DNA from: the human T2T-CHM13v2.0 reference genome, Homo sapiens
Strand: one strand, 5' to 3'
DNA length: 64,000 nt
NCBI RefSeq assembly: GCF_009914755.1
Contig: NC_060942.1
Positions 26,301-40,976 of the stretch are shown here, in pieces (the stretch's first letter is position 1; each line of letters begins with the position of its first letter). The translations under genes and the position numbers were made by a program. Under the pieces are notes generated by a model, which had not been told where the DNA came from, did not search any database, and saw nothing but the letters and a program-made list of their open reading frames with translations.

Positions 26301-29300
26301 CTTTGGTAGAGCAGGTTTGAAACACTCTTTTTGTAGTGTGTGTAAGTGGACATTTGGAGCGCTTTCTGGCCTACGTTGGAAAAGGAAATATCTTCCCATA
26401 ACAACTAGACAGAAGCATTCTCAGAAACTAGTTTCTGATGTGTGTCCTCAACTAACACAGTTGAACATTTCTTTAGACAGAACAGTTTTGAAACACTCTT
26501 TTTGTGGAATCTGCAAGTGGATATTTGGCTAGATTTGAGGATTTCGTTGGAAACGGGATTACAAATAAAAAGCAGACAGCAGCATTCTCAGAAACTTCTT
26601 TGTGATGATTGCATTCAAGTCACAGAATTGAACATTCCCTTTCACAGAGCTGGTTTGAAACACTCTTTTTCTAGTGTGTGTAAGTGGACATTTGGAGCGC
26701 TTTCCGGCCTAAGGTGAACAAGGAAATATCTTCCCATAAAAACTAGACAGAAGCATTCTCAGAAACTTACTCGTGATGTGTGTCCTCAACTAAAGGAGTA
26801 GAACCTTTCTTTTCATAGAGAAGTTTTGAAACGCTCTTTTTGTGGAATCTGCAAGTGGATATTTGGCTAGTTTGGAGGATTTCGTTGGAAGCGGGAATTC
26901 ATACAAATTGCAGACTGCAGCGTTCTGAGAAACATCTTTGTGATGTTTGTATTCAGGACACAGAGTTGAACATTCCCTATCATAGAGCAGGTTGGAATCA
27001 CTCCTTTTGTAGTATCTGGAAGTGGACATTTGGAGCGCTTTCAGGCCTATGTTGGAAAAGGAAATATCTTCCCATAACAACTAGACAGAAGCATTCTCAG
27101 AAACTTATTTGAGATGTGTGTACTCAACTAAGAGAATTGAACCACCGTTTTGAAGGAGCAGTTTTGAAACACTCTTTTTCTGGAATCTGCAAGTGGATAT
27201 TTGGCTAGCTTTGGGGATTTCGCTGGAAGCGGGAATACATATAAAAAGCACACAGCAGCGTTCTGAGAAACTGCTTTCTGATGTTTGCATTCAAGTCAAA
27301 AGTTGAACACTCCCTTTCATAGAGCAGTCTTGAAACACCCCTTTTGTAGTATCGGGAACTGGACATTTGGAGCGCTTTCAGGGCTAAGGTGAAAAAGGAA
27401 ATATCTTCCCATAAAAACTGGACAGAAGCATTCTCAGAAACTTGTTTATGCTGTATCTACTCAACTAACAAAGTTGAACCTTTCTTTTGATAGAGCAGTT
27501 TTGAAATGCTCTTTTTGTGGAATCTGCAAGTGGATATTTGGCTAGTTTTGAGGATTTCGTTGGAAGCGGGAATTCATACAAATTGCAGACTGCAGCGTTC
27601 TGAGAAACGTCTTTGTGATGTTTGTATTCAGGACACAGAGTTGAACATTCCCTATCATAGAGAAGGCTGGAATCACTCCTTTTGTAGTATCTGGAAGTCG
27701 ACATTTGGAGCGCTTTCAGGCCTATGTTGAAAAAGGAAATATCTTCCCATAACAACTAGGCAGAAGCATTCTCAGAAACTTGTTTGTGATGTGTGCCCTC
27801 TACTGACACAGTTGAATCTTTCTTTTCATAGAGCAGTTTCGAAACACTCTTTTTGTAGAATCTGCAAGAGGATATTTGCATAGCTTTGAGGATTTCGTGG
27901 GAAACGGGATTGTCTTCAGGTAAAATCTAGACAGAAGCATTCTCAGAAACTTCTTTGGGATGTTTGCATTCAAGTCACAGAGTAGAACATTCCCTTTGGT
28001 AGAGCAGGTTTGAAACAATCTTTTTGTAGTGTGTGTAAGTGGACATTTGGAGCGCTTTCAGGCCTACGTTGGAAAAGGAAATATCTTCCCATAACAACTA
28101 GACAGAAGCATTCTCAGAAACTAGTTTCTGATGTGTGTCCTCAACTAACACAGTTGAACATTTCTTTAGACAGAACAGTTTTGAAACACTCTTTTTGTGG
28201 AATCTGCAAGTGGATATTTGGCTAGATTTGAGGATTTCGTTGGAAACGGGATTATATATAAAAAGCAGACAGCAGCATTCTCAGAAACTTCTTTGTGATG
28301 ATTGCATTCAAGTCACAGAATTGAACATTCCCTTTCACAGAGCAGGTTTGAAACACTCTTTTTCTAGTGTGTGTAAGTGGACATTTGGAGCGCTTTCCAG
28401 CCTAAGGTGAACAAGGAAATATCTTCCCATAAAAACTAGACAGAAGCATTCTCAGAAACTTACTCGTGATGTGTGTCCTCAACTAAAGGAGTAGAACCTT
28501 TCTTTTCATAGAGAAGTTTTGAAACGCTCTTTTTGTGGAATCTGCAAGTGGATATTTGGCTAGTTTTGAGGATTTCGTTGGAAGCGGGAATTCATACAAA
28601 TTGCAGACTGCAGCGTTCTGAGAAACATCTTTGTGATGTTTGTATTCAGGACACAGAGTTGAACATTCCCTATCATAGAGCAGGTTGGAATCACTCCTTT
28701 TGTAGTATCTGGAAGTGGACATTTGGAGCGCTTTCAGGCCTATGTTGGAAAAGGAAATATCTTCCCATAACAACTAGACAGAAGCATCCTCAGAAACTTA
28801 TTTGAGATGTGTGTACTCAACTATGAGAATTGAACCACCGTTTTGAAGGAGCAGTTTTGAAACACTCTTTTTCTGGAATCTGCAAGTGGATATTTGGCTA
28901 GCTTTGGGGATTTCGCTGGAAGCGGGAATACATATAAAAAGCACACAGCAGCGTTCTGAGAAACTGCTTTCTGATGTTTGCATTCAAGTCAAAAGTTGAA
29001 CACCCCCTTTCATAGAGCAGTCTTGAAACACCCCTTTTGTAGTATCTGGAACTGGACATTTGGAGCGCTTTCAGGGCTAAGGTGAAAAAGGAAATATCTT
29101 CCCATAAAAACTGGACAGAAGCATTCTCAGAAACTGGTTTATGCCGTATCTACTCAACTAACAAAGTTGAACCTTTCTTTTGATAGAGCAGTTTTGAAAT
29201 GCTCTTTTTGTGGAATCTGCAAGTGGATATTTGGCTAGGTTTGAGGATTTCGTTGGAAGCGGGAATTCATACAAATTGCAGACTGCACCGTTCTCAGAAA

Positions 29301-32300
29301 AATCTTTGTGATGTCTGTATTCAGGACACAGAGTTGAACATTCCCTATCATAGAGCAGGTTGGAATCACTCCTTTTGTAGTATCTGGAAGTGGACATTTG
29401 GAGCGCTTTCAGGCCTATGTTGAAAAAGGAAATATCTTCCCATAACAACTAGGCAGAAGCATTCTCAGAAACTTGTTTGTGATGTGTGCCCTCTACTGAC
29501 ACAGTTGAACCTTTCTTTTCATAGAGCAGTTTCGAAACACTCTTTTTGTAGAATCTGCAAGAGGATATTTGCTTAGCTTTGAGGATTTCGTGGGAAACGG
29601 GATTGTCTTCAGGTAAAATCTAGACAGAAGCATTCTCAGAAACTTCTTTGGGATGTTTGCATTCAAGTCACAGAGTAGAACATTCCCTTTGGTAGAGCAG
29701 GTTTGAAACACTCTTTTTGTAGTGTGTGTAAGTGGACATTTGGAGCGCTTTCAGGCCTACGTTGGAAAAGGAAATATCTTCCCATAACAACTAGACAGAA
29801 GCATTCTCAGAAACTAGTTTCTGATGTGTGTCCTCAACTAACACAGTTGAACATTTCTTTAGACAGAACAGTTTTGAAACACTCTTTTTGTGGAATCTGC
29901 AAGTGGATATTTGGCTAGATTTGAGGATTTCGTTGGAAACGGGATTACATATAAAAAGCAGACAGCAGCATTCTCAGAAACTTCTTTGTGATGATTGCAT
30001 TCAAGTCACAGAATTGAACATTCCCTTTCACAGAGCAGGTTTGAAACACTCTTTTTCTAGTGTGTGTAAGTGGACATTTGGAGCGCTTTCCGGCCTAAGG
30101 TGAACAAGGAAATATCTTCCCATAAAAACTAGACTGAAGCATTCTCAGAAACTTACTCGTGATGTGTGTCCTCAACTAAAGGAGTAGAACCTTTCTTTTC
30201 ATAGAGAAGTTTTGAAACGCTCTTTTTGTGGAATCTGCAAGTGGATATTTGGCTAGTTTGGAGGATTTCGTTGGAAGCGGGAATTCATACAAATTGCAGA
30301 CTGCAGCGTTCTGAGAAACATCTTTGTGATGTTTGTATTCAGGACACAGAGTTGAACATTCCCTATCATAGAGCAGGTTGGAATCACTCCTTTTGTACTA
30401 TCTGGAAGTGGACATTTGGAGCGCTTTCAGGCCTATGTTGAAAAAGGAAATATCTTCCCATAACAACTAGACAGAAGCATTCTCAGAAACTTGTTTGTGA
30501 TGTGTGCCCTCTACTGACACAGTTGAACCTTTCTTTTCATAGAGCAGTTTCGAAACACTCTTTTTGTAGAATCTGCAAGAGGATATTTGCATAGATTTGA
30601 GGATTTCGTGGGAAACGGGATTGTCTTCAGGTAAAATCTAGACAGAAGCATTCTCAGAAACTTCTTTGGGATGTTTGAATTCAAGTCACAGAGTAGAACA
30701 TTCCCTTTGGTAGAGCAGGTTTGAAACACTCTTTTTGTAGTGTGTGTAAGTGGACATTTGGAGCGCTTTCAGGCCTACGTTGGAAAAGGAAATATCTTCC
30801 CATAACAACTAGTCAGAAGCATTCTCAGAAACTAGTTTCTGATGTGTGTCCTCAACTAACACAGTTGAACATTTCTTTAGACAGAACAGTTTTGAAACAC
30901 TCTTTTTGTGGAATCTGCAAGTGGATATTTGGCTAGATTAGAGGATTTCGTTGGAAACGGGATTACATATAAAAAGCAGACAGCAGCATTCTCAGAAACT
31001 TCTTTGTGATGATTGCATTCAAGTCACAGAATTGAACATTCCCTTTCACAGAGCAGGTTTGAAACACTCTTTTTCTAGTGTGTGTAAGTGGACATTTGGA
31101 GCGCTTTCCGGCCTAAGGTGAACAAGGAAATATCTTCCCATAAAAACTAGACAGAAGCATTCTCAGAAACTTACTCGTGATGTGTGTCCTCAACTAAAGG
31201 AGTAGAACCTTTCTTTTCATAGAGAAGTTTTGAAACGCTCTTTTTGTGGAATCTGCAAGTGGATATTTGGCTAGTTTGGAGGATTTCGTTGGAAGCGGGA
31301 ATTCATACAAATTGCAGACTGCAGCGTTCTGAGAAACATCTTTGTGATGTTTGTATTCAGGACACAGAGTTGAACATTCCCTATCATAGAGCAGGTTGGA
31401 ATCACTCCTTTTGTAGTATCTGGAAGTGGACATTTGGAGCGCTTTCAGGCCTATGTTGAAAAAGGAAATATCTTCCCATAACAACTAGACAGAAGCATTC
31501 TCAGAAACTTGTTTGTGATGTGTGCCCTCTACTGACACAGTTGAATCTTTCTTTTCATAGAGCAGTTTCGAAACACTCTTTTTGTAGAATCTGCAAGAGG
31601 ATATTTGCATAGCTTTGAGGATTTCGTGGGAAACGGGATTGTCTTCAGGTAAAATCTAGACAGAAGCATTCTCAGAAACTTCTTTGGGATGTTTGCATTC
31701 AAGTCACAGAGTAGAACATTCCCTTTGGTAGAGCAGGTTTGAAACACTCTTTTTGTAGTGTGTGTAAGTGGACATTTGGAGCGCTTTCTGGCCTACGTTG
31801 GAAAAGGAAATATCTTCCCATAACAACTAGACAGAAGCATTCTCAGAAACTAGTTTCTGATGTGTGTCCTCAACTAACACAGTTGAACATTTCTTTAGAC
31901 AGAACAGTTTTGAAACACTCTTTTTGTGGAATCTGCAAGTGGATATTTGGCTAGATTTGAGGATTTCGTTGGAAACGGGATTACATATAAAAAGCAGACA
32001 GCAGCATTCTCAGAAACTTCTTTGTGATGATTGCATTCAAGTCACAGAATTGAACATTCCCTTTCACAGAGCAGGTTTGAAACACTCTTTTTCTAGTGTG
32101 TGTAAGTGGACATTTGGAGCGCTTTCCGGCCTAAGGTGAACAAGGAAATATCTTCCCATAAAAACTAGACAGAAGCATTCTCAGAAACTTACTCGTGATG
32201 TGTGTCCTCAACTAAAGGAGTAGAACCTTTCTTTTCATAGAGAAGTTTTGAAACGCTCTTTTTGTGGAATCTGCAAGTGGATATTTGGCTAGTTTGGAGG

Positions 32301-32513
32301 ATTTCGTTGGAAGCGGGAATTCATACAAATTGCAGACTGCAGCGTTCTGAGAAACATCTTTGTGATGTTTGTATTCAGGACACAGAGTTGAACATTCCCT
32401 ATCATAGAGCAGGTTGGAATCACTCCTTTTGTAGTATCTGGAAGTGGACATTTGGAGCGCTTTCAGGCCTATGTTGGAAAAGGAAATATCTTCCCATAAC
32501 AACTAGACAGAAG
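23364..32513 (+). repeat. HOR series 22-mer (ABCDE-CDE-CDE), 10-mer, 22-mer
   Basis: A1 starts at 23364, 27092, 28785, 32514; spacings 3728, 1693, 3729 (1693+2x1018, with a 1-bp deletion in the first). Confidence 0.92.
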
Positions 32514-35500
32514 CATTCTCAGAAACTTATTTGAGATGTGTGTACTCAACTAAGAGAATTGAACCACCGTTTTGAAGGAGCAGTTTTGAAACACTCTTTT
32601 TCTGGAATCTGCAAGTGGATATTTGGCTAGCTTTGGGGATTTCGCTGGAAGCGGGAATACATATAAAAAGCACACAGCAGCGTTCTGAGAAACTGCTTTC
32701 TGATGTTTGCATTCAAGTCAAAAGTTGAACACTCCCTTTCATAGAGCAGTCTTGAAACACCCCTTTTGTAGTATCGGGAACTGGACATTTGGAGCGCTTT
32801 CAGGGCTAAGGTGAAAAAGGAAATATCTTCCCATAAAAACTGGACAGAAGCATTCTCAGAAACTTGTTTATGCTGTATCTACTCAACTAACAAAGTTGAA
32901 CCTTTCTTTTGATAGAGCAGTTTTGAAATGCTCTTTTTGTGGAATCTGCAAGTGGATATTTGGCTAGTTTTGAGGATTTCGTTGGAAGCGGGAATTCATA
33001 CAAATTGCAGACTGCAGCGTTCTGAGAAACGTCTTTGTGATGTTTGTATTCAGGACACAGAGTTGAACACTCCCTATCATAGAGAAGGCTGGGATCACTC
33101 CTTTTGTAGTATCTGGAAGTCGACATTTGGAGCGCTTTCAGGCCTATGTTGAAAAAGGAAATATCTTCCCATAACAACTAGGCAGAAGCATTCTCAGAAA
33201 CTTGTTTGTGATGTGTGCCCTCTACTGACACAGTTGAACCTTTCTTTTCATAGAGCAGTTTCGAAACACTCTTTTTGTAGAATCTGCAAGAGGATATTTG
33301 CATAGCTTTGAGGATTTCGTGGGAAACGGGATTGTCTTCAGGTAAAATCTAGACAGAAGCATTCTCAGAAACTTCTTTGGGATGTTTGCATTCAAGTCAC
33401 AGAGTAGAACATTCCCTTTGGTAGAGCAGGTTTGAAACACTCTTTTTGTAGTGTGTGTAAGTGGACATTTGGAGCGCTTTCTGGCCTACGTTGGAAAAGG
33501 AAATATCTTCCCATAACAACTAGACAGAAGCATTCTCAGAAACTAGTTTCTGATGTGTGTCCTCAACTAACACAGTTGAACATTTCTTTAGACAGAACAG
33601 TTTTGAAACACTCTTTTTGTGGAATCTGCAAGTGGATATTTGGCTACATTTGAGGATTTCGTTGGAAACGGGATTACATATAAAAAGCAGACAGCAGCAT
33701 TCTCAGAAACTTCTTTGTGATGATTGCATTCAAGTCACAGAATTGAACATTCCTTTTCACAGAGCAGGTTTGAAACACTCTTTTTGTAGTGTGTGTAAGT
33801 GGACATTTGAGCGCTTTCCGGCCTAAGGTGAACAAGGAAATATCTTCCCATAAAAACTAGACAGAAGCATTCTCAGAAAATTACTCGTGATGTGTGTCCT
33901 CAACTAAAGGAGTAGAACCTTTCTTTTCATAGAGAAGTTTTGAAACGCTCTTTTTGTGGAATCTGCAAGTGGATATTTGGCTAGTTTGGAGGATTTCGTT
34001 GGAAGCGGGAATTCATACAAATTGCAGACTGCAGCGTTCTGAGAAACATCTTTGTGATGTTTGTATTCAGGACACAGAGTTGAACATTCCCTATCATAGA
34101 GCAGGTTGGAATCACTCCTTTTGTAGTATCTGGAAGTGGACATTTGGAGCGCTTTCAGGCCTATGTTGGAAAAGGAAATATCTTCCCATAACAACTAGAC
34201 AGAAGCATTCTCAGAAACTTATTTGAGATGTGTGTACTCAACTAAGAGAATTGAACCACCGTTTTGAAGGAGCAGTTTTGAAACACTCTTTTTCTGGAAT
34301 CTGCAAGTGGATATTTGGCTAGCTTTGGGGATTTCGCTGGAAGCGGGAATACATATAAAAAGCACACAGCAGCGTTCTGAGAAACTGCTTTCTGATGTTT
34401 GCATTCAAGTCAAAAGTTGAACACTCCCTTTCATAGAGCAGTCTTGAAACACCCCTTTTGTAGTATCGGGAACTGGACATTTGGAGCGCTTTCAGGGCTA
34501 AGGTGAAAAAGGAAATATCTTCCCATAAAAACTGGACAGAAGCATTCTCAGAAACTTGTTTATGCTATATCTACTCAACTAACAAAGTTGAACCTTTCTT
34601 TTGATAGAGCAGTTTGAAATGCTCTTTTTGTGGAATCTGCAAGTGGATATTTGGCTAGGTTTGAGGATTTCGTTGGAAGCGGGAATTCATACAAATTGCA
34701 GACTGCAGCGTTCTGAGAAACGTCTTTGTGATGTTTGTATTCAGGACACAGAGTTGAACATTCCCTATCATAGAGCAGGTTGGAATCACTCCTTTTGTAG
34801 TATCTGGAAGTGGACATTTGGAGCGCTTTCAGGCCTATGTTGAAAAAGGAAATATCTTCCCATAACAACTAGACAGAAGCATTCTCAGAAACTTGTTTGT
34901 GATGTGTGCCCTCTACTGACACAGTTGAATCTTTCTTTTCATAGAGCAGTTTCGAAACACTCTTTTTGTAGAATCTGCAAGAGGATATTTGCATAGCTTT
35001 GAGGATTTCGTGGGAAACGGGATTGTCTTCAGGTAAAATCTAGACAGAAGCATTCTCAGAAACTTCTTTGGGATGTTTGCATTCAAGTCACAGAGTAGAA
35101 CATTCCCTTTGGTAGAGCAGGTTTGAAACACTCTTTTTGTAGTGTGTGTAAGTGGACATTTGGAGCGCTTTCTGGCCTACGTTGGAAAAGGAAATATCTT
35201 CCCATAACAACTAGACAGAAGCATTCTCAGAAACTAGTTTCTGATGTGTGTCCTCAACTAACACAGTTGAACATTTCTTTAGACAGAACAGTTTTGAAAC
35301 ACTCTTTTTGTGGAATCTGCAAGTGGATATTTGGCTAGATTTGAGGATTTCGTTGGAAACGGGATTACATATAAAAAGCAGACAGCAGCATTCTCAGAAA
35401 CTTGTTTGTGATGATTGCATTCAAGTCACAGAATTGAACATTCCCTTTCACAGAGCAGGTTTGAAACACTCTTTTTCTAGTGTGTGTAAGTGGACATTTG

Positions 35501-38500
35501 GAGCGCTTTCCGGCCTAAGGTGAACAAGGAAATATCTTCCCATAAAAACTAGACAGAAGCATTCTCAGAAACTTACTCGTGATGTGTGTCCTCAACTAAA
35601 GGAGTAGAACCTTTCTTTTCATAGAGAAGTTTTGAAACGCTCTTTTTGTGGAATCTGCAAGTGGATATTTGGCTAGTTTGGAGGATTTCGTTGGAAGCGG
35701 GAATTCATACAAATTGCAGACTGCAGCGTTCTGAGAAACATCTTTGTGATGTTTGTATTCAGGACACAGAGTTGAACATTCCATATCATAGAGCAGGTTG
35801 GAATCACTCCTTTTATAGTATCTGGAAGTGGACATTTGGAGCGCTTTCAGGCCTATGTTGGAAAAGGAAATATCTTCCCATAACAACTAGACAGAAGCAT
35901 TCTCAGAAACTTATTTGAGATGTGTGTACTCAACTAAGAGAATTGAACCACCGTTTTGAAGGAGCAGTTTTGAAACACTCTTTTTCTGGAATCTGCAAGT
36001 GGATATTTGGCTAGCTTTGGGGATTTCGCTGGAAGCGGGAATACATATAAAAAGCACACAGCAGCGTTCTGAGAAACTGCTTTCTGATGTTTGCATTCAA
36101 GTCAAAAGTTGAACACTCCCTTTCATAGAGCAGTCTTGAAACACCCCTTTTGTAGTATCGGGAACTGGACATTTGGAGCGCTTTCAGGGCTAAGGTGAAA
36201 AAGGAAATATCTTCCCATAAAAACTGGACAGAAGCATTCTCAGAAACTTGTTTATGCTGTATCTACTCAACTAACAAAGTTGAACCTTTCTTTTGATAGA
36301 GCAGTTTTGAAATGCTCTTTTTGTGGAATCTGCAAGTGGATATTTGGCTAGTTTTGAGGATTTCGTTGGAAGCGGGAATTCATACAAATTGCAGACTGCA
36401 GCGTTCTGAGAAACGTCTTTGTGATGTTTGTATTCAGGACACAGAGTTGAACATTCCCTATCATAGAGAAGGCTGGAATCACTCCTTTTGTAGTATCTGG
36501 AAGTCGACATTTGGAGCGCTTTCAGGCCTATGTTGAAAAAGGAAATATCTTCCCATAACAACTAGGCAGAAGCATTCTCAGAAACTTGTTTGTGATGTGT
36601 GCCCTCTACTGACAGAGTTGAACCTTTCTTTTCATAGAGCAGTTTCGAAACACTCTTTTTGTAGAATCTGCAAGAGGATATTTGCATAGCTTTGAGGATT
36701 TCGTGGGAAACGGGAATGTCTTCAGGTAAAATCTAGACAGAAGCATTCTCAGAAACTTCTTTGGGATGTTTGCATTCAAGTCACAGAGTAGAACATTCCC
36801 TTTGGTAGAGCAGGTTTGAAACACTCTTTTTGTAGTGTGTGTAAGTGGACATTTGGAGCGCTTTCTGGCCTACGTTGGAAAAGGAAATATCTTCCCATAA
36901 CAACTAGACAGAAGCATTCTCAGAAACTAGTTTCTGATGTGTGTCCTCAACTAACACAGTTGAACATTTCTTTAGACAGAACAGTTTTGAAACACTCTTT
37001 TTGTGGAATCTGCAAGTGGATATTTGGCTAGATTTGAGGATTTCGTTGGAAACGGGATTACATATAAAAAGCAGACAGCAGCATTCTCAGAAACTTCTTT
37101 GTGATGATTGCATTCAAGTCACAGAATTGAACATTCCCTTTCACAGAGCAGGTTTGAAACACTCTTTTTGTAGTGTGTGTAAGTGGACATTTGGAGCGCT
37201 TTCCAGCCTAAGGTGAACAAGGAAATATCTTCCCATAAAAACTAGACAGAAGCATTCTCAGAAACTTACTCGTGATGTGTGTCCTCAACTAAAGGAGTAG
37301 AACCTTTCTTTTCATAGAGAAGTTTTGAAACGCTCTTTTTGTGGACTCTGCAAGTGGATATTTGGCTAGTTTGGAGGATTTCGTTGGAAGCGGGAATTCA
37401 TACAAATTGCAGACTGCAGCGTTCTGAGAAACATCTTTGTGATGTTTGTATTCAGGACACAGAGTTGAACATTCCCTATCATAGAGCAGGTTGGAATCAC
37501 TCCTTTTGTAGTATCTGGAAGTGGACATTTGGAGCGCTTTCAGGCCTATGTTGGAAAAGGAAATATCTTCCCATAACAACTAGACAGAAGCATTCTCAGA
37601 AACTTATTTGAGATGTGTGTACTCAACTAAGAGAATTGAACCACCGTTTTGAAGGAGCAGTTTTGAAACACTCTTTTTCTGGAATCTGCAAGTGGATATT
37701 TGGCTAGCTTTGGGGATTTCGCTGGAAGCGGGAATACATATAAAAAGCACACAGCAGCGTTCTGAGAAACTGCTTTCTGATGTTTGCATTCAAGTCAAAA
37801 GTTGAACACTCCCTTTCATAGAGCAGTCTTGAAACACCCCTTTTGTAGTATCTGGAACTGGACATTTGGAGCGCTTTCAGGGCTAAGGTGAAAAAGGAAA
37901 TATCTTCCCATAAAAACTGGACAGAAGCATTCTCAGAAACTTGTTTATGCTGTATCTACTCAACTAACAAAGTTGAACCTTTCTTTTGATAGAGCAGTTT
38001 TGAAATGCTCTTTTTGTGGAATCTGCAAGTGGATATTTGGCTAGGTTTGAGGATTTCGTTGGAAGCGGGAATTCATACAAATTGCAGACTGCAGCGTTCT
38101 GAGAAACATCTTTGTGATGTTTGTATTCAGGACACAGAGTTGAACATTCCCTATCATAGAGCAGGTTGGAATCACTCCTTTTGTACTATCTGGAAGTGGA
38201 CATTTGGAGCGCTTTCAGGCCTATGTTGAAAAAGGAAATATCTTCCCATAACAACTAGGCAGAAGCATTCTCAGAAACTTGTTTGTGATGTGTGCCCTCT
38301 ACTGACACAGTTGAACCTTTCTTTTCATAGAGCAGTTTCGAAACACTCTTTTTGTAGAATCTGCAAGAGGATATTTGCATAGCTTTGAGGATTTCGTGGG
38401 AAACGGGATTGTCTTCAGGTAAAATCTAGACAGAAGCATTCTCAGAAACTTCTTTGGGATGTTTGCATTCAAGTCACAGAGTAGAACATTCCCTTTGGTA

Positions 38501-40976
38501 GAGCAGGTTTGAAACACTCTTTTTGTAGTGTGTGTAAGTGGACATTTGGAGCGCTTTCAGACCTACGTTGGAAAAGGAAATATCTTCCCATAACAACTAG
38601 ACAGAAGCATTCTCAGAAACTAGTTTCTGATGTGTGTCCTCAACTAACACAGTTGAACATTTCTTTAGACAGAACAGTTTTGAAACACTCTTTTTGTGGA
38701 ATCTGCAAGTGGATATTTTGCTAGATTTGAGGATTTCGTTGGAAACGGGATTACATATAAAAAGCAGACAGCAGCATTCTCAGAAACTTCTTTGTGATGA
38801 TTGCATTCAAGTCACAGAATTGAACATTCCCTTTCACAGAGCAGGTTTGAAACACTCTTTTTGTAGTGTGTGTAAGTGGACATTTGGAGCGCTTTCCGGC
38901 CTAAGGTGAACAAGGAAATATCTTCCCATAAAAACTAGACAGAAGCATTCTCAGAAACTTACTCGTGATGTGTGTCCTCAACTAAAGGAGTAGAACCTTT
39001 CTTTTCATAGAGAAGTTTTGAAACGCTCTTTTTGTGGAATCTGCAAGTGGATATTTGGCTAGTTTGGAGGATTTCGTTGGAAGCCGGAATTCATACAAAT
39101 TGCAGACCGCAGCGTTCTGAGAAACATCTTTGTGATGTTTGTATTCAGGACACAGAGTTGAACATTCCCTATCATAGAGCAGGTTGGAATCACTCCTTTT
39201 GTAGTATCTGGAAGTGGACATTTGGAGCGCTTTCAGGCCTATGTTGGAAAAGGAAATATCTTCCCATAACAACTAGACAGAAGCATTCTCAGAAACTTAT
39301 TTGAGATGTGTGTACTCAACTAAGAGAATTGAACCACCGTTTTGAAGGAGCAGTTTTGAAACACTCTTTTTCTGGAATCTGCAAGTGGATATTTGGCTAG
39401 CTTTGGGGATTTCGCTGGAAGCGGGAATACATATAAAAAGCACACAGCAGCGTTCTGAGAAACTGCTTTCTGATGTTTGCATTCAAGTCAAAAGTTGAAC
39501 ACTCCCTTTCATAGAGCAGTCTTGAAACACCCCTTTTGTAGTATCGGGAACTGGACATTTGGAGCGCTTTCAGGGCTAAGGTGAAAAAGGAAATATCTTC
39601 CCATAAAAACTGGACAGAAGCATTCTCAGAAACTTGTTTATGCTGTATCTACTCAACTAACAAAGTTGAACCTTTCTTTTGATAGAGCAGTTTTGAAATG
39701 CTCTTTTTGTGGAATCTGCAAGTGGATATTTGGCTAGGTTTGAGGATTTCGTTGGAAGCGGGAATTCATACAAATTGCAGACTGCAGCGTTCTGAGAAAC
39801 GTCTTTGTGATGTTTGTATTCAGGACACAGAGTTGAACATTCCCTATCATAGAGAAGGCTGGAATCACTCCTTTTGTACTATCTGGAAGTGGACATTTGG
39901 AGCGCTTTCAGGCCTATGTTGAAAAAGGAAATATCTTCCCATAACAACTAGACAGAAGCATTCTCAGAAACTTGTTTGTGATGTGTGCCCTCTACTGACA
40001 CAGTTGAACCTTTCTTTTCATAGAGCAGTTTCGAAACACTCTTTTTGTAGAATCTGCAAGAGGATATTTGCATAGCTTTGAGGATTTCGTGTGAAACGGG
40101 ATTGTCTTCAGGTAAAATCTAGACAGAAGCATTCTCAGAAACTTCTTTGGGATGTTTGCATTCAAGTCACAGAGTAGAACATTCCCTTTGGTAGAGCAGG
40201 TTTGAAACACTCTTTTTGCAGTGTGTGTAAGTGGACATTTGGAGCGCTTTCAGGCCTACGTTGGAAAAGGAAATATCTTCCCATAACAACTAGACAGAAG
40301 CATTCTCAGAAACTAGTTTCTGATGTGTGTCCTCAACTAACACAGTTGAACATTTCTTTAGACAGAACAGTTTTGAAACACTCTTTTTGTGGAATCTGCA
40401 AGTGGATATTTGGCTAGATTTGAGGATTTCGTTGGAAACGGGATTACATATAAAAAGCAGACAGCAGCATTCTCAGAAACTTCTTTGTGATGATTGCATT
40501 CAAGTCACAGAATTGAACATTCCCTTTCACAGAGCAGGTTTGAAACACTCTTTTTGTAGTGTGTGTAAGTGGACATTTGGGACGCTTTTCGGCCTAAGGT
40601 GAACAAGGAAATATCTTCCCATAAAAACTAGACAGAAGCATTCTCAGAAACTTACTCGTGATGTGTGTCCTCAACTAAAGGAGTAGAACCTTTCTTTTCA
40701 TAGAGAAGTTTTGAAACGCTCTTTTTGTGGACTCTGCAAGTGGATATTTGGCTAGTTTTGAGGATTTCGTTGGAAGCGGGAATTCATACAAATTGCAGAC
40801 CGCAGCGTTCTGAGAAACATCTTTGTGATGTTTGTATTCAGGACACAGAGTTGAACATTCCCTATCATAGAGCAGGTTGGAATCACTCCTTTTGTAGTAT
40901 CTGGAAGTGGACATTTGGAGCGCTTTCAGGCCTATGTTGGAAAAGGAAATATCTTCCCATAACAACTAGACAGAAG
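32514..40976 (+). repeat. Five tandem 10-mer HORs
   Basis: A1 starts at 32514, 34206, 35898, 37591, 39284; spacings 1692, 1692, 1693, 1693, 1693. Confidence 0.92.

Noticed and set aside
40085-40101. Box variants TTTCGTGTGAAACGGGA (40085, 52619), TTTCGTTGCAAACGGGA (42120), TTTCGCGGGAAGCGGGA (56348) and E1 TTTCGTTGGAAACGGGA (62782)
   Set aside because: The changes fall at non-essential N positions, so I did not count them as broken boxes.
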